This document shows positions 27,460 through 53,341 of a stretch of 64,000 nucleotides of DNA, piece by piece. The translations under genes and the position numbers were made by a program. This DNA comes from Balanoglossus misakiensis (Eukaryota > Animalia > Hemichordata). The notes under the pieces are model-generated. The model searched no databases, was not told the DNA's origin, and worked only from the letters and a program-made list of their open reading frames with translations. The stretch covers positions 1,541,935 through 1,605,934 of the forward strand of contig CM082588.2 of the NCBI GenBank assembly GCA_040954595.2. The letters run 5' to 3'. Every line of letters starts with the position of its first letter. Position 1 is the first letter of the stretch.

Positions 27460-28755
27460 ATGCGCGGCGAATACAGTCGGCACAGAACGCTTCTCGTAGC
27501 CACTACTGCTGTGTGTTTTACAGTAATGCTTGTATCGTATTATTCTGCTTCAACATGTTCTGCACAATGGAAACTGTTGTAAGTATCATATTGGGGTAGT
27601 TCAGGTTAGGAACAACTGAAATTTGATGCATTTTCATAGGTGCACTGTGCGGGAGGTTGGGTGGTCGTGAGTAAATCTTGTAGCAGTAGAAACAATTATG
27701 AGGAGGGCACACCAAAAACAGTTACTGTAACCGTATATGTCGATCTTTCCAGGAAAAGCAATGATAAAAATTCATTGGACATGTTTGTGGAAGACCTGAA
27801 GACTGATGTATTTTCTAGTGGACAAGAGAGTGCATTAATGTCAACTGTTGACAGCAATGAGTGCAAACCAGAGAAGAATTGTGTTTTTATTAAACCAGGC
27901 AAAACAGGTGGAAGTACAGTGGCTTGTATCATATACAGATATGCCTTAAAGAATGATCTGATCGCTGGATTAGATCCAAATCTTGATCAATTTATAGGAG
28001 AGGATGACGATGGAAATCTTGTAGTGTTAAAATACAACTGCAGTGATTTCCCGGGATATAACATCTTAGCAAGTCATATCATGTATAATCGACCAGCAAT
28101 GGACGCCGTTGTTCCAAATGCCAAGTATCTGACGATCATACGGTCTCCGTACACACATTGGAAATCCTCATTTTATTATCATAATCGTCGAATAAGATTT
28201 CCAAATGATTCCAATCCATTCTCTGAATACTTAAAAGAGATTAATTCAACAAAGCCAGGAGAGTATGACGCATGGGAAAATGATTTCTGTTATCGATTCC
28301 GCATTCCCTATAGGGGTGAGAAGATTATCAAGAGTAGTTATTTAAAGAAAATAAGTAAGGAGCTAGATTTGGTCTTGATATTGGAGTATTTCGACGAGTC
28401 TCTGATATTGCTCAAAAAGACGATGTGTTGGGAATTTGAAGACATCATGTATTATCCGATGAAAGTTCACAACAGACCTCAACCACCGATCACTCCTGAT
28501 ATGATGTCAATTATGACAAGGCTAGCACGTCATGATATCAAACTGTATGAGTATTTTAATAAGACTCTTTGGGAAAAAATCGCTCTCTATGATGGTAACT
28601 TCGAGCAAGATCTCACAACATTTCAGGCAATGAAAACACGAGTGAGGGAAAAATGTGACCTTGAGAAGAATTCCCGATTTTGTATCAACTTAAAACAGGA
28701 TGCGGTGGAAATGAGAAGAACGGTGTTTTCCAAAGACAAAAAATGGTTGTGTTAG
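27460..28755 (+). CDS. Galactose-3-O-sulfotransferase-like protein, copy 7 (inverted)
   Basis: Exons 27448-27578 (ATG at 27460: MRGEYSRHRTLLVATTAVCFTVMLVSYY...) and 27753-28755, with the same phase-2 join as the other copies. Motif CVFIKPGKTGGST. Most similar to copy 5. Confidence 0.88.
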
Positions 28756-29729
28756 GAAGTGATCAAACATTGGCAAGTCCTGTGTATAAAAACATGCAAG
28801 TCTTGGTTGTATTCCCTTGCTTTCGACGTTTCTTGCTAGATTAAGGTGGGCATAGACAAAACTGCTTGGGCAAAGCAAAAATGACAGTAGACACCATTAC
28901 ACTCAAGTACTTAATATTTTATTATGTGGTAGAAATTATTGCACGTTTCCCAATGAATAGAAATTGTTATTACAGTAAGAACTTATTGCACTTTTTCATC
29001 TTTTGACAAATAGTTTTACAAGCCATGTACTGATGTATTGCAATTCTTAAAACCCTGATTATGTGCGTACGGATATGTAGAAAATTTAAATTGAGGATAT
29101 AAAACATACATACCATCTCTTATGTTCAAAAGTAAGCTTTGTAAGGAGTAATTTACATAATTATGTGTATTTAAATATAAATTCCACTAAAACAAATCAG
29201 CAGTCCCTGAGAAAACCAAGCATCATGTTTTGATGTTTTGGCTGACATACAATGGCATATGGTTCGCTGTGTACATGCGCCACTGTAAAATTAAGTTTAT
29301 GTCATTCAGGTGTTATTTTTTCACCGTATGAGACAAGGATGATCATTGAACATACTGCAAACAGCAATACTTTGTGAACACATTTCGGTAAACAGATTAG
29401 TCTACTGGGATAATGATAATAAAAACAAAGTGATAACACGTGTCTGTGGAATAAAGCTGAAGAAAACAAAATATACAGAAATTAGTTGAAATATACACAA
29501 TAGTTGATTCTTTTAAGATCAACCAGACAATATGTTTCTACAGTGCAGCACTCATAACAAAAAAAGCTATCATGTGCATTTAAAACGCTTTGGTACAATG
29601 ATTAGTGTTTAGCTGATGCTTGTACCATCTGATATGTTGGCAATTGGCCGATCCAATTTTGTATTGTCCAATGAGAATACTGGAGGTATATTTATAAAGT
29701 TTCTGTGCCACTTGTTCATTCGCTGCTAA

Positions 29730-41972
<12,243 letters not shown>

Positions 41973-44900
41973 CGTTGCAAACTGATGATGCCACGTGCAG
42001 TGTTTTTCTTCAATTTTCTGGTGAACCAGAAGAGATCCCTGTACAGTTAAACCGAGGTTCTTTGCATCGTTCAACTGTCGACGAAACCCAAGACGCAGAG
42101 GAGAAGGCGTTGGTTATTTCGGCAATCTCGACGGACGTGGTAGATCTGGAAATGTGTAAAGTAAAAGCAGTCCTATGAAATAACACAGCATGCATTTCAA
42201 TTCACTGCAAACATAACTTAATCAAACAGCCAACGACTACGCACAGACTCATAGCATGTGTTCAGCTCACGTTTGTTGAACATGCGCAAATGTGAATAAA
42301 CCATTGCAACCTATATATGATCTTGCCAACCCCTTATTAAAATTACATCCCTGCATTGGTTCATATGGAGCATATCATAAACTCTGAGCCAAGGCTTTAT
42401 TTGCATAACTACGAACAATGGAAATGTAACAAACAGCTTCATCAAGGACATTGGTGACTGGTAACATTGAATGGTACATACACGTATGTAGGGGGAAAAT
42501 CATTCATTTGGCAATTTTGCTCAGTCTCGCCTACAGACTTGAGCACAAAGGCAGACAATAAGCTGCGAGATTCTGAAACGTCATTGAAGAATGGCAGCCT
42601 CCCTCAAGATGCCGCTTCAAAATATTAATTCTGTGCGATTTCATTAAAAGTGCTTTGCCCTCCTCCGGTACGTGATTATTATTGAAAAAAACACATGTAC
42701 CCCTTGTTTACGGCCATCCCTTGCGTTAGTCTGTTCTGTTCAACTATATTACAAGCAGGCGTCTAAAGTCTGCATCAATTACTCACACATAGATGATCAG
42801 TTCAAACCTTCTACCTATTTATGGTGAGTTGTGAACATGCAGTCATATGGAAAATGTCGCGCTGTGTGACTGTGACTGTGTTACGGATAGATTAGAGTGG
42901 AAAAGATTAAGTATTCAGTCAATTTAATATAGATGTTCGGTTCCTAGAATGGATCTGCGTCATCTCACATCATATGTTGTTGATCAGAGATGTGCCAATT
43001 GAAGTCACTTTGTAGTTTTTGGAATGAATAGCACACAAGGGAATATTTGAAGTCGACAAATTGAATAACATAAAATTAAGTTATCTTCATCTGCACTGGC
43101 TCAAACAAGAACAATAGATGTAAAAACCATACAATTAAATAGTCATTCATACATGTGCAATTACTTGCACGTCGGAATATACCAATACAATATCAAAATT
43201 AACATCAAACATTTCCATCGTTCTGCATGTAATTTAGCTGATATTGGCTGATATTTTAGTATGAAATCGCACTTTAGAATGTGAGGAGACGGCAATTTCA
43301 TCTTATTGCAAGGAATGTAACTGCGCAATTTAATATTGTTGATTGGCACATCATCACGATGCGTTTTAGAATGAACCTTCTGACGGTTGTTGGCATTCAT
43401 ATGAAATGTATAGGCATGCGATTAGGATCCACTTATGGGAAGATATCTATGTGGAATCGAGCATTGACATTTAGGATTTACTGTCAAAAATATAGAAGTT
43501 TAGGAATTTGCAAAGCGAATCAATTTAATGAATGTCATTTTACAAATTTACTTGGGTATAATTAGAGGTGATTGTACACATTTAACGGCTTGTTGACATT
43601 TATGGTACATCCATCGCAAGTTGTCACAATTTGAATTCATCATACATCTTTATTCCAAATGTGTTCAAACTCTTGACATTAAACGGAAGTCTGTGTGCGC
43701 ACGTTTTTCTCATTGCATTGTGTACTTGTTGCGTTCTTGGAACTACTGAAGCTATAGCGTCAAGAAAATAATTAAACGCTTTCAACTGAAATGCGACGAA
43801 AGTGTGATATTCGTCGTCAATAAAGGGCGTGGTTTTCATGGTGTTGCCTAGGGAGAACAGCTAGCCATTCTTCCCTTTTGAATGCAGACTCATCTGTCCC
43901 ATCTATCCTTCAATGCTCACCCAGCAATAAAATCAGCAAACAAGCCACAAAACAGTTAATCTGGCATTCCACCAACTTCATCGCTTGTTATTTGACAGTG
44001 TGTAGAAGGTACATTTAACTATCTTATCTTCGGTCATGCTTGGCAAGAGAAAGGTGTTTGTCCGGATGGGAGCTCCCGGAAAATACAACCATTTAACTGG
44101 AAGAGCTGTTTGTTGAACGTGTTCTGATGACCCATTCTCAAATTTTAATTCATTATCCAAGCATATGCCTGATGCAATTTTCATTATTATTTTATTGATT
44201 TCATCTATTCAAAGAATTGCATCGCATTCATAAATGCCCCTGATTAAATTGTATAATACCTCATTAAGTCAATGGAGCATGTTATTTACAATGGGTAAGC
44301 TACCGTCACTTCAGAGTTCGAAGCCATTAAAATTACTGGAAAAAGTATTGTGACCTTTTGGCCAACTCAGTGAATTGACTGTTTTTACTCAATTAGTTTT
44401 TGCATGAGTTTAAATTTGTTGTTTTCTGCGTACGAGTGTTTTCTAATCAATCTCAAATAATGCAACCCATCTTTGGCATGTTCCCTTACCCGTGGAACTG
44501 AATCTTGACATTTCTAGTTGTGTTTCAAAGCATGACTGTTAGGGCTCAGTACATAACAACCAAATGATTCCCAGGTGAGGAAATTGGAGAGCTGTGTCAA
44601 CAGAACAAAATTGTACTATTATTAAAAAAGCACCTGAATGATTAATGCCATAGCTTCGAGGAAAAGATGTTTCTGTACCCGATATATAATGGTAGAAATT
44701 AGCCCAAGCTATACGTCAACTGGACACAGCTGCTTTAAACAGTTTGAGAGAAATGTCACTATCCTCCAATAATACACTAACAATGATTCTTTAATACAAA
44801 CGCACCACAGGCCGGCACGATTAGAATGCAGCTATAAAGTCGTATATTTGACGTCTTTAATGCATGTTTCGTTGTTCGAGTTTATCAAACGTCACAACAA

Positions 44901-47900
44901 ACGACAGACAAGACTTCGTTTGAAGGCCCATGCTTTTCACAGTGTCACAGATAATTATGGGAAATGTGTTGCGGTCTGTCGCAATTTTTTTTGCATAATT
45001 CAACCAATTTGAGATGCACTGACTCCTCGGATGTGGTTTTGCCTGCACTTACTAACAAGCCATGGGATGTATGCATGGGTAGAGTTTCATGTTGTTCTTT
45101 ACCCTGCAGGTATGATATCCAAAGTATCATGCAACTAAGCACGACTTGAGCTACATTCGCGATCTCCAACCACCTCCTAACAAGCTGTATTACGTTAACG
45201 AAGTTACTTCAGATTACTTCATCTAGATTATTCATCTAGACATGTTGCGAATGTTTCGTCAACATTAACAGAATAACTCTTGAACACTACAATTTTTAAC
45301 GTCGATCGAACTATGACGTTCAATGTCAAAATAACCCTTCTATACCGGTATATCTGTCTGTCCTGCACATCCAACCACCCAAAAGCCAAGCTATTTCATG
45401 GAGGAAAAATCGATAAGATTAAAAACGTAATGTTTTCCGTACAATTAATCATTAAGCTGCTGATAAATTATTTTACAAACGTCGATTAAACAACCAGCTA
45501 ATTGGATGGCAAGATATTGCAGGTAGAACATTCGCCCTTGCAATAATATATATATTATTAATATCTAATACTTGGCAGGTCCATCACTGTGCAATTTATA
45601 ATTTATACATTTTCCAATTTTTGTGTGTTTAGTGAAGCTTTCAATAATCATTCTCGTTTCGCATTCACATAAATAATGACACTCTGTGTATAAGTGTATG
45701 TTTTCCTGTCTGCCTGCCTTCCTACCTGCATGTCTGTCAACGCATGTCTGTCAACAAGAACAACTGGCCAAATTGGAATCAAATTAGATATGGCTTGCTG
45801 TATGAATAAACAGATATATCTACAATCGCTGGACGGCTCTGATGAAAACCACTATAAAAATATTCACGAAAGCTTCTGATGACTAACATTAAATTTTAAT
45901 ATTTACAGAAAAATTCTTTGGTGTTAATGGTACAGAGAAATCCCTTGACATTAGTTCATATCAGTAATATTTTTGACAACTCGACAAATCCATTAATTTC
46001 CGATACAAATTTATATCACTTTTCTTTCCATTTGTATTCAGACGTAGGTCGAAGGTATAAGCTCTGCTTCATAACAAGGACATTCTAGCTTAATGGATAT
46101 TTAATCTATTTCTAGGATATTTCTATTTCTCATTTTGCCTCCTGTGTTCACATATGCGGTAGCTAATGATTTACCGATTTCTATCTGTCTAGGTGTGCTT
46201 TGTCAGGTCTCATGTTGTGTTTGTATCGATGGTTTCGGTTACTTCCAATCAATCTCTCTTCACATCCAATCTGATTTCCTATATTTGCAGTATTTGACTT
46301 AGGCAATAGAGACAGTTGCACCAGCACTCAAGGAGAAAGCTAGCTGTCAAAGTTCACTATTAAGTTCTCATTCTTTAACATTAGCAGGTGCCCACATTCC
46401 TAGTTGACAGCTTTCTATTTTGAGGTATACAGTTAATTACTGCTTTGTGTGTGGCAAACGTACACATGTTGCAATATTGTATGCAACACATCAAATCTCA
46501 TCACATCGCAATGCAACATAACAGTTCTCGCAAACACTGGCTTTCGAGAAAATGAAGATGTATCTCTCCAGATGTTCCTGTATTCTCCATGATCACGTTG
46601 CTCGGTGAAACGATTCTATCGAAAGTATACACATGTACTGTGAACCCTTTGGTTCAATTTGTTTCTCAGTGCATCATATACGCCATGATGCAATAATTTA
46701 GTGACATGACTATAACGATTTGCTAAACTCAGCAATAACTGAATTCAGGTTTGTGGGTCGTCTAATAGGGGCCAGGTCTCCTACATGTCAAAACTTTCAT
46801 TTCTCGACTCATGTTGTGTCTGGTCAGGTTTATTACGTCGTTAATTAACGTTTGACAGATCCTTATATAATGACGTTTCACATCCTCCATTGAGTCTACG
46901 CTCTGGTATAGCAACCATGGTGTGCAAATAGACTTCCCCCATGAAACCATTTCCGCAGCTATCAAGAAGCATTTCATACATTACAAGTAATGAAGTAAAT
47001 GATTTAACCGGCTGAACTTAGAAATCCTTTATGATGGGTGCTGTAATTATTCTGCAATTATCATGATGATTACATGCTTGAATGAAAGTTAAATATTCGA
47101 TTTGCGATGGTAATGTACATTGTACTGCAAAGTCATTATGTCAAGCGGAGTAAGTGATTGGTATCTAAGCATCACCACGACAACACCGACTTGCCTTGAA
47201 GATGGTCGTCAAGGAAGTTATTTTTTGCAGTGGGAAAAAAATCTATTCATTGTAAAAATCACTCTCGATTTTTGTCAAATATAACATATTTAATCATGTT
47301 CAAATACAGTGATCACAAATTGCAGCAAATTGGTCCATAGTGGGGAGTTAATAATCAGTTTTTGTTGCTGTTTATGTTTAAATACTATTAACTATTGGAA
47401 AGGCTGCTTGGTTGTTATTGTTGTTGGTGGTGGTGGTGGTGTAGTTTAAAGATAATGCGAGTATTACCACAGAGCTTGTGTTAATTAAAGTCAATGTTTG
47501 GGATGTTCGTTCAAACCATGGAATAATGTTTTGACTGCTCGGTCGCACTGTGCTAAACGGTAACTGCCTATATATGACGTATGGTCTCACTACCGCTGAA
47601 TTCACAGAATTACACAGTTTTCCCAAAGGCCAGTGAGAGAATTTATTGCACACGTGTTCCTGTGTTCAAGTACATGACAGAGAGACATAAGAAGTAAGGT
47701 CGATGTTTGAAGAAATTAAAGCAAACTTACTTCATATCAATGTGGTCATCTGACTCCTTATACACATATCAAATTGTGTCTCTAAGCTAAAGAAGAATCT
47801 AACTGGAACTAATACGGAAAGTTCAAATTTTCCTTACCTATATCATATGACGAATACTTGTTTGCGTTGAGGTTATTTTTCACAAACAATGTCCAAACAT

Positions 47901-50900
47901 CATGTACATGCTGCAGGTCTATCTACGGTATACTAAACCCTTTGATCGCATTTCATTTAATGCATGTGGGTCATTCTAGTCAAAGGTTGCTGCATAATTA
48001 GGCAACAGATACCAGCATATTGATGGTGATTTGATTGGATTGGATTTGATACCCTGCGAAGAGTCTTCAGAAAATTTGACTGTTGAATAATAACACAAGG
48101 CCGGGAACAAAATAACCTGTAAACATTGTTGTGTATTTATGAATGTCTATGGTCTCCCTGCTCTTGATATTGTGATTTGAACAGGAAATAGTACATACAT
48201 GTACTGCTTATTACATCCAAATTACATTCATTATTGAGTGGGGTTCACAACCATTATAGCCATCTTTAATAGGCCATGGCGAGTTGAATGGCGCAGATCA
48301 ACTAAATATCAAGTACCATAACCTGTATACCCAGCCTCAGTGGCAACGTCAAGTCATATCTAGGACCTGGTCCAAACACCTAGACAAATACCAATCAATC
48401 TATCAATCAATCAAAAAATTTCAATCAATCAAGCAACACTCAAGTTCAGGGCAATGTGCAGCCCCTGGAAATGCCAGTCTTAATTCATAAAGATCACATG
48501 GTGTATACACCTGTTTTACAACCGTTTTTAAGAGTGCATTGACAGAGGAACTCGCCGTGAAAAGAGCCTTATGGGAAAGCTGCATGTACTGCCCCCTTCA
48601 AGGTCTCATTTAATACAATTGCCTTCGCCGTGCAGTCATCCTTCGTACAACTAATAGTCTGGTTCTCTGACCCGTTCAGATAGAAAATTGACAAACTTGA
48701 AAAAAGTTGTGATAATTAAGTTATGTGGTCGCAATCCCCTCATAAAAAACAACAGCAACTAATTACTCATAGAATAATTGATGATCTAAACGAGATGTTA
48801 AAAAATTTCTTTAAAATTTCGCTGTTGCCTGTTGACTTGTATCAATGGAAATTTAATTTGATCCTTTCTTCCTGGATATGTTGTGCATTTTCAACCTTTC
48901 GAACCTGACTTGTACGAGCGGGAAAATTTTCATTTGCAAGTAGGTTGTTTAGTAAGATTTAATCTATGGGTTTACGTGTTCTTTTGAGGGGAAAGGTGCA
49001 ATGTGTACAGGCGATCCAGAAGTGCTGTCTTTCAGACGAAGCGAATCGTGCAAATTTTACATGTATATCCTTCTGGGTGCAAAATTTCTTTAGTGCCCGA
49101 GAAATAGAATTGGTGATGCCACACCCAGTCACTCCATCGCCTAGGCCAGCTGAAAATTTCACACAAATGATGACACTGATTGTTACGATAAAAACCATAA
49201 AATATCCATAAGTTTTCCTTATATGCCCTTAACATACTTGAGGTTGTTTTCAAAAGTAGAGATAACGTTACCATTGCTGCAAGCATAAGGCATATATTAT
49301 TAACATACTTTCTTTGAAGCAAAATATACTTTACACTGTATTCAGTATCAGTTGTACTTCTTTCACGTGAAAGCAATTATTCACGACACGCACATCTATT
49401 CGTTCACCGCCAAAGAGAAGCAAGTAATCAAACTTCTACTGAAGTAAATGTATATGTGGAGAGTAGAAGTACCAAGTGCATTTATTTTTTGTGCCTGTTG
49501 CCGTTCAAGGTCGCAAATCAAGAGCCCACAAAATAGGATCAATAAATCGTGTTTTGCGAGCCATCTTCCCGGAAACTATGTCCACTGTTGCCACGGTGAC
49601 TAGGGTGACTGTTTAGAATGTGTTTCATGTAGAAATTGCGGCGACGTGGCGGCGCAATGGAGGGGAACGGATGCCGCCCAGTGGCATGTGATAAACGGTA
49701 ACTACCTACAATTCTCGGTCCATTAGTGAATAGCCATCTTTACAAATCGCAGTGGCTTCAAATCATTGTCAACAAACGTTACTCGCAAAAGGGCTTATGT
49801 CGTGACTGACTAAAATCTTCGCCAAGTTGGCGTGTCAAATCGTTTCAAATCGTTTCAAAGTAGATGTTCAACGTCGGTAATTCGCAGAAATCGCAAGAGT
49901 TATTCAACTATTGAATAAGAAATCCCATTATTTTGTCATTGATTGTAACATCCATAACACCTTTATTTCACTACTCACCAATCTCTCATTAGTTCTTTTG
50001 AGTGACATAAAATCACATTGTACACAAAGGACTCATATCGAATCTACAAAAACACGTTATTTTCATGCTCATTACCATATGGTTATTCACACAATACGGC
50101 AGTGTATGGAGGAGATCGAACTCTGTGTGCGACGTATTGGATGATTCGGATGAATCCTATACTTGAGGTAAATTTGGAAGAGCTGCAGTCCCCTGTGAAA
50201 TCAAAGCCGAGACCTGAAGAAAATTGTTACAAACAGTAATATGCAAAAACTATTGGCATCAAGCCAAACATAGAATGCTTCAGTGCTTTACAAAATACAC
50301 ACACAAATGCATCAACTGTATTTTGACTCTGCGTAAATGCGGAAACACATTTTACAATAGATTGAACATCAACATTCATGCCTTTTAAGGAGGATATTGT
50401 TGCCATGTGCATACCCTTCACTCACAAAAGTAATTTGGTGACTCAGCCTAATTATACTTAATTTCTCGATCACTTTGAGTCAAAACTGGCTGTTGCAGTA
50501 TGCTATAGCTGTTTACACTTATCCGGACACCTGGTAAGCCTACCAACCGTTTATTAAAAGTGGATCGAGATGGCTCATATTGTAATTGTCGTTTTCTGCT
50601 TGTGGCACTAATATGTCCTTGAATGTATTTGTCTGTTTAAATATCACAAGTCCAGAGATAACAATACCGTCCCTGCCGGCATATATTATTAACGTAATCT
50701 CTTTGACGCAAATGCAGTATACTTTGCGCAAATTTTGTAAAATCACACCACAAAAAAGGTTTTTGACTCGTGTCCGTATCGGAAACAAAATCCTAATTAG
50801 ATTGCATATATATTTTTGTTGAAGACTCAAGTTGCATGCTAGAGGTCTTGAAATAGAAAATTTTGAATTTTGGGAGATGTGACTGTATGTTGCCACTTGA

Positions 50901-53341
50901 GTGACCCCTTGCTCGTGAACACTGAGATTATCCTGCTTCCTTTTACAGGCAGTTGGGTGTATACACTCCTGCTAGAAACCAGTTTAATCCGGCGTCGGCT
51001 CGATCAGTGAAACCATGATAAGGATGAGAATACTTAGAAAAGAAAGCTTCATTTCCATCAGATTACTGTGGTTTCTAGTTCGTCAGCGGTCACCTATATG
51101 CCACGATATGGGTATATTCATGTGTCTCGTGGGCTTGTTTGTGAAATCTAATGCACACTCTAATCCCTCTTGCTCGCAGGATATATTTTCAAAGATAAAA
51201 TTTTACAAAACTATGAAGGACAAATATTGCTAGCTCGATATGGTTTCTGATTTGAAGATGATTTGCATTGACTTTATTTGATATGATTGGATCTTGGTGA
51301 CCCCTTTATTTTTGAGGAACAATTAAACGTTTTCAGATGGCTATATTCTCACTTAACGTAAACCAAGCTACTGAGATTAAGCATATTAACGAAACCTTAT
51401 TAAAGGTATAATGGTCTTCCCCGTACAGCCCTAAAAGCAAATGGGGCTTCACCCACTTAGGTGTCGCAGATTTATAACATACAAACAGGGTCATGCACTA
51501 TTCAAAGTGGATCTGCAGACCATTTATACAGCTGAAGAACCTATCAGTGAACATAATCATTCAGTTTAGACGCAACAATTCCAAGACAGCATTTGGAGGG
51601 AGAGAGGGATGGGTAGGAAAGGAGAGAGAGAGATGCAGACAGACAGATTAGATAGAATAGTGCATAACGTAATTACACTCTGAGAGACCATCATTCTCGG
51701 TAACAACATGTCAGGTGTCACATGTCCCCTTTCAAGGGATAGTGCACTAAATGTAGGGTTGGAAGCACTTCACTAATTGAGAGATTATGGTAAACTCAGG
51801 TACTTAGTTCTTTTAAGCTGACTATTTTATCGTTAAAAGATATGCTAAAAGTGGCAGCTCATGGAGCTTTTACAGTTGGGCAAGACTGATTGAAAAATCA
51901 GTGTCATTGACAATGAGAAAAATGCTGAAGTTTGCTTCAGTTTGTTCATTTGACGGTCAGGAATATGACTTAGAGTAAGTAACAGCCGTTGTGCACAAAG
52001 TTCAGTTCAGTTGTTTCATAATAACTTTCAAATCAAACAATTCATTCTGTTGACAATCATTTACAGGTTGACCAAACTATAAATTGGGTTATGTGCCCTT
52101 GATGTGATATTCTGGATTTTACTGAACAGTGACTCTCAGGAGAGAAATGATATATTGTTCAATTGAGAAACACAAAAAGTGTACATGGCGCCGTAATTGC
52201 CACTGTGATGGACATGGTATACGTAGACGAACAGGTTCATTGGAAACATGGTAACGTTTCCGAGTGCGATTACACCACTTGATGCAAAGGCTGAAAAATC
52301 CAACCAAACCATGTATCTGAATACTCGCAAATCACCTATGGCTATATAATGTACCTTGTGAAAGTAGTGACACATTTTTGAATGCAGTTGTGTTTTTAAG
52401 ATGTGAAAAGACTATCACACAAAACTGGAGTATCTTACTCTGGCAGTATCTATCAGACTCACAAATGACCTTCACTAGCTTATTTGCTGACTGTTCCACT
52501 GTGAAATTGCTCAAACTATTCTCTTGACATTCTGTTCTACACTGACTTTGATTGTAGATTTACTCAAAGATAAAGCTCATCGCTGCTGTAATCATGTATT
52601 ATTTGCACAGCCAGCTATTCACTATCATCTTAAACAGCTGAACATGACTCTATAAATACACCATCTAAGGTCGCAGATATCTCTAGAGAATTTCGACATT
52701 CGAATAAGCATAAAGCAGATTCAAAGGTCACCAAAATATCAACTCTAATTTATGGGTTCCTCCAAATGAAAATTCACTCAATTCAACAGATTTTTATCGT
52801 CTTGAAGGCGTCCAGGAGATTACAATTTTATGCACATCCTATGCATTCATAAAGATTAACTCTAGCTTTTCAGATCCTTTTACTATATGGACACAATACC
52901 GATTGTTAACAAGGAAAACTATTGTTACTGTATTTGTGCGTGGGTCACAACTGTAAATGCAATTACCAAGAAAGCGTATTTAGTCCATGTTCAGTTTGAA
53001 TATATCTATTCAAACTCTTTTTTTCTTCTTCAAAACACCTTGAATGACAGCGCTGTGCATACATGATTTTGCCAGAAGATAAAAAAGCACAAGGATCAGT
53101 CATTTAGATGGGTTTCAAACCACGCATTTATTTGCGAAACAACCAGTATTTAATTAATTACAGAAAAAAAAATATTTAATCATAGTTTCAGGAGAAAAGT
53201 GCACTTGATACAGAGAATATAAATACTGAAAATAATAGTCAAAAGTAAGAGCTTCCAGAGCTGTAGAGGTTCAAAGAGTCCTTGACTTGTTATATGTACA
53301 ATTCAATACATGTTCTTAAGATTTCTGATTCTCTTTTTTTT

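Noticed and set aside
27640-27752. N-terminal extension of ORF 27640..28755 (and similar extensions on the other catalytic ORFs)
   Set aside because: This is intronic read-through upstream of the phase-2 acceptor; the true N-termini come from separate signal-anchor exons.
45103-45176. Hydrophobic phase-1 exon-like segment (…VAQVVLSCMILWISYLQG|gtaaag) as another signal-peptide exon
   Set aside because: An in-frame stop lies upstream, there is no suitable ATG, and the acceptor is weak; support is too thin.
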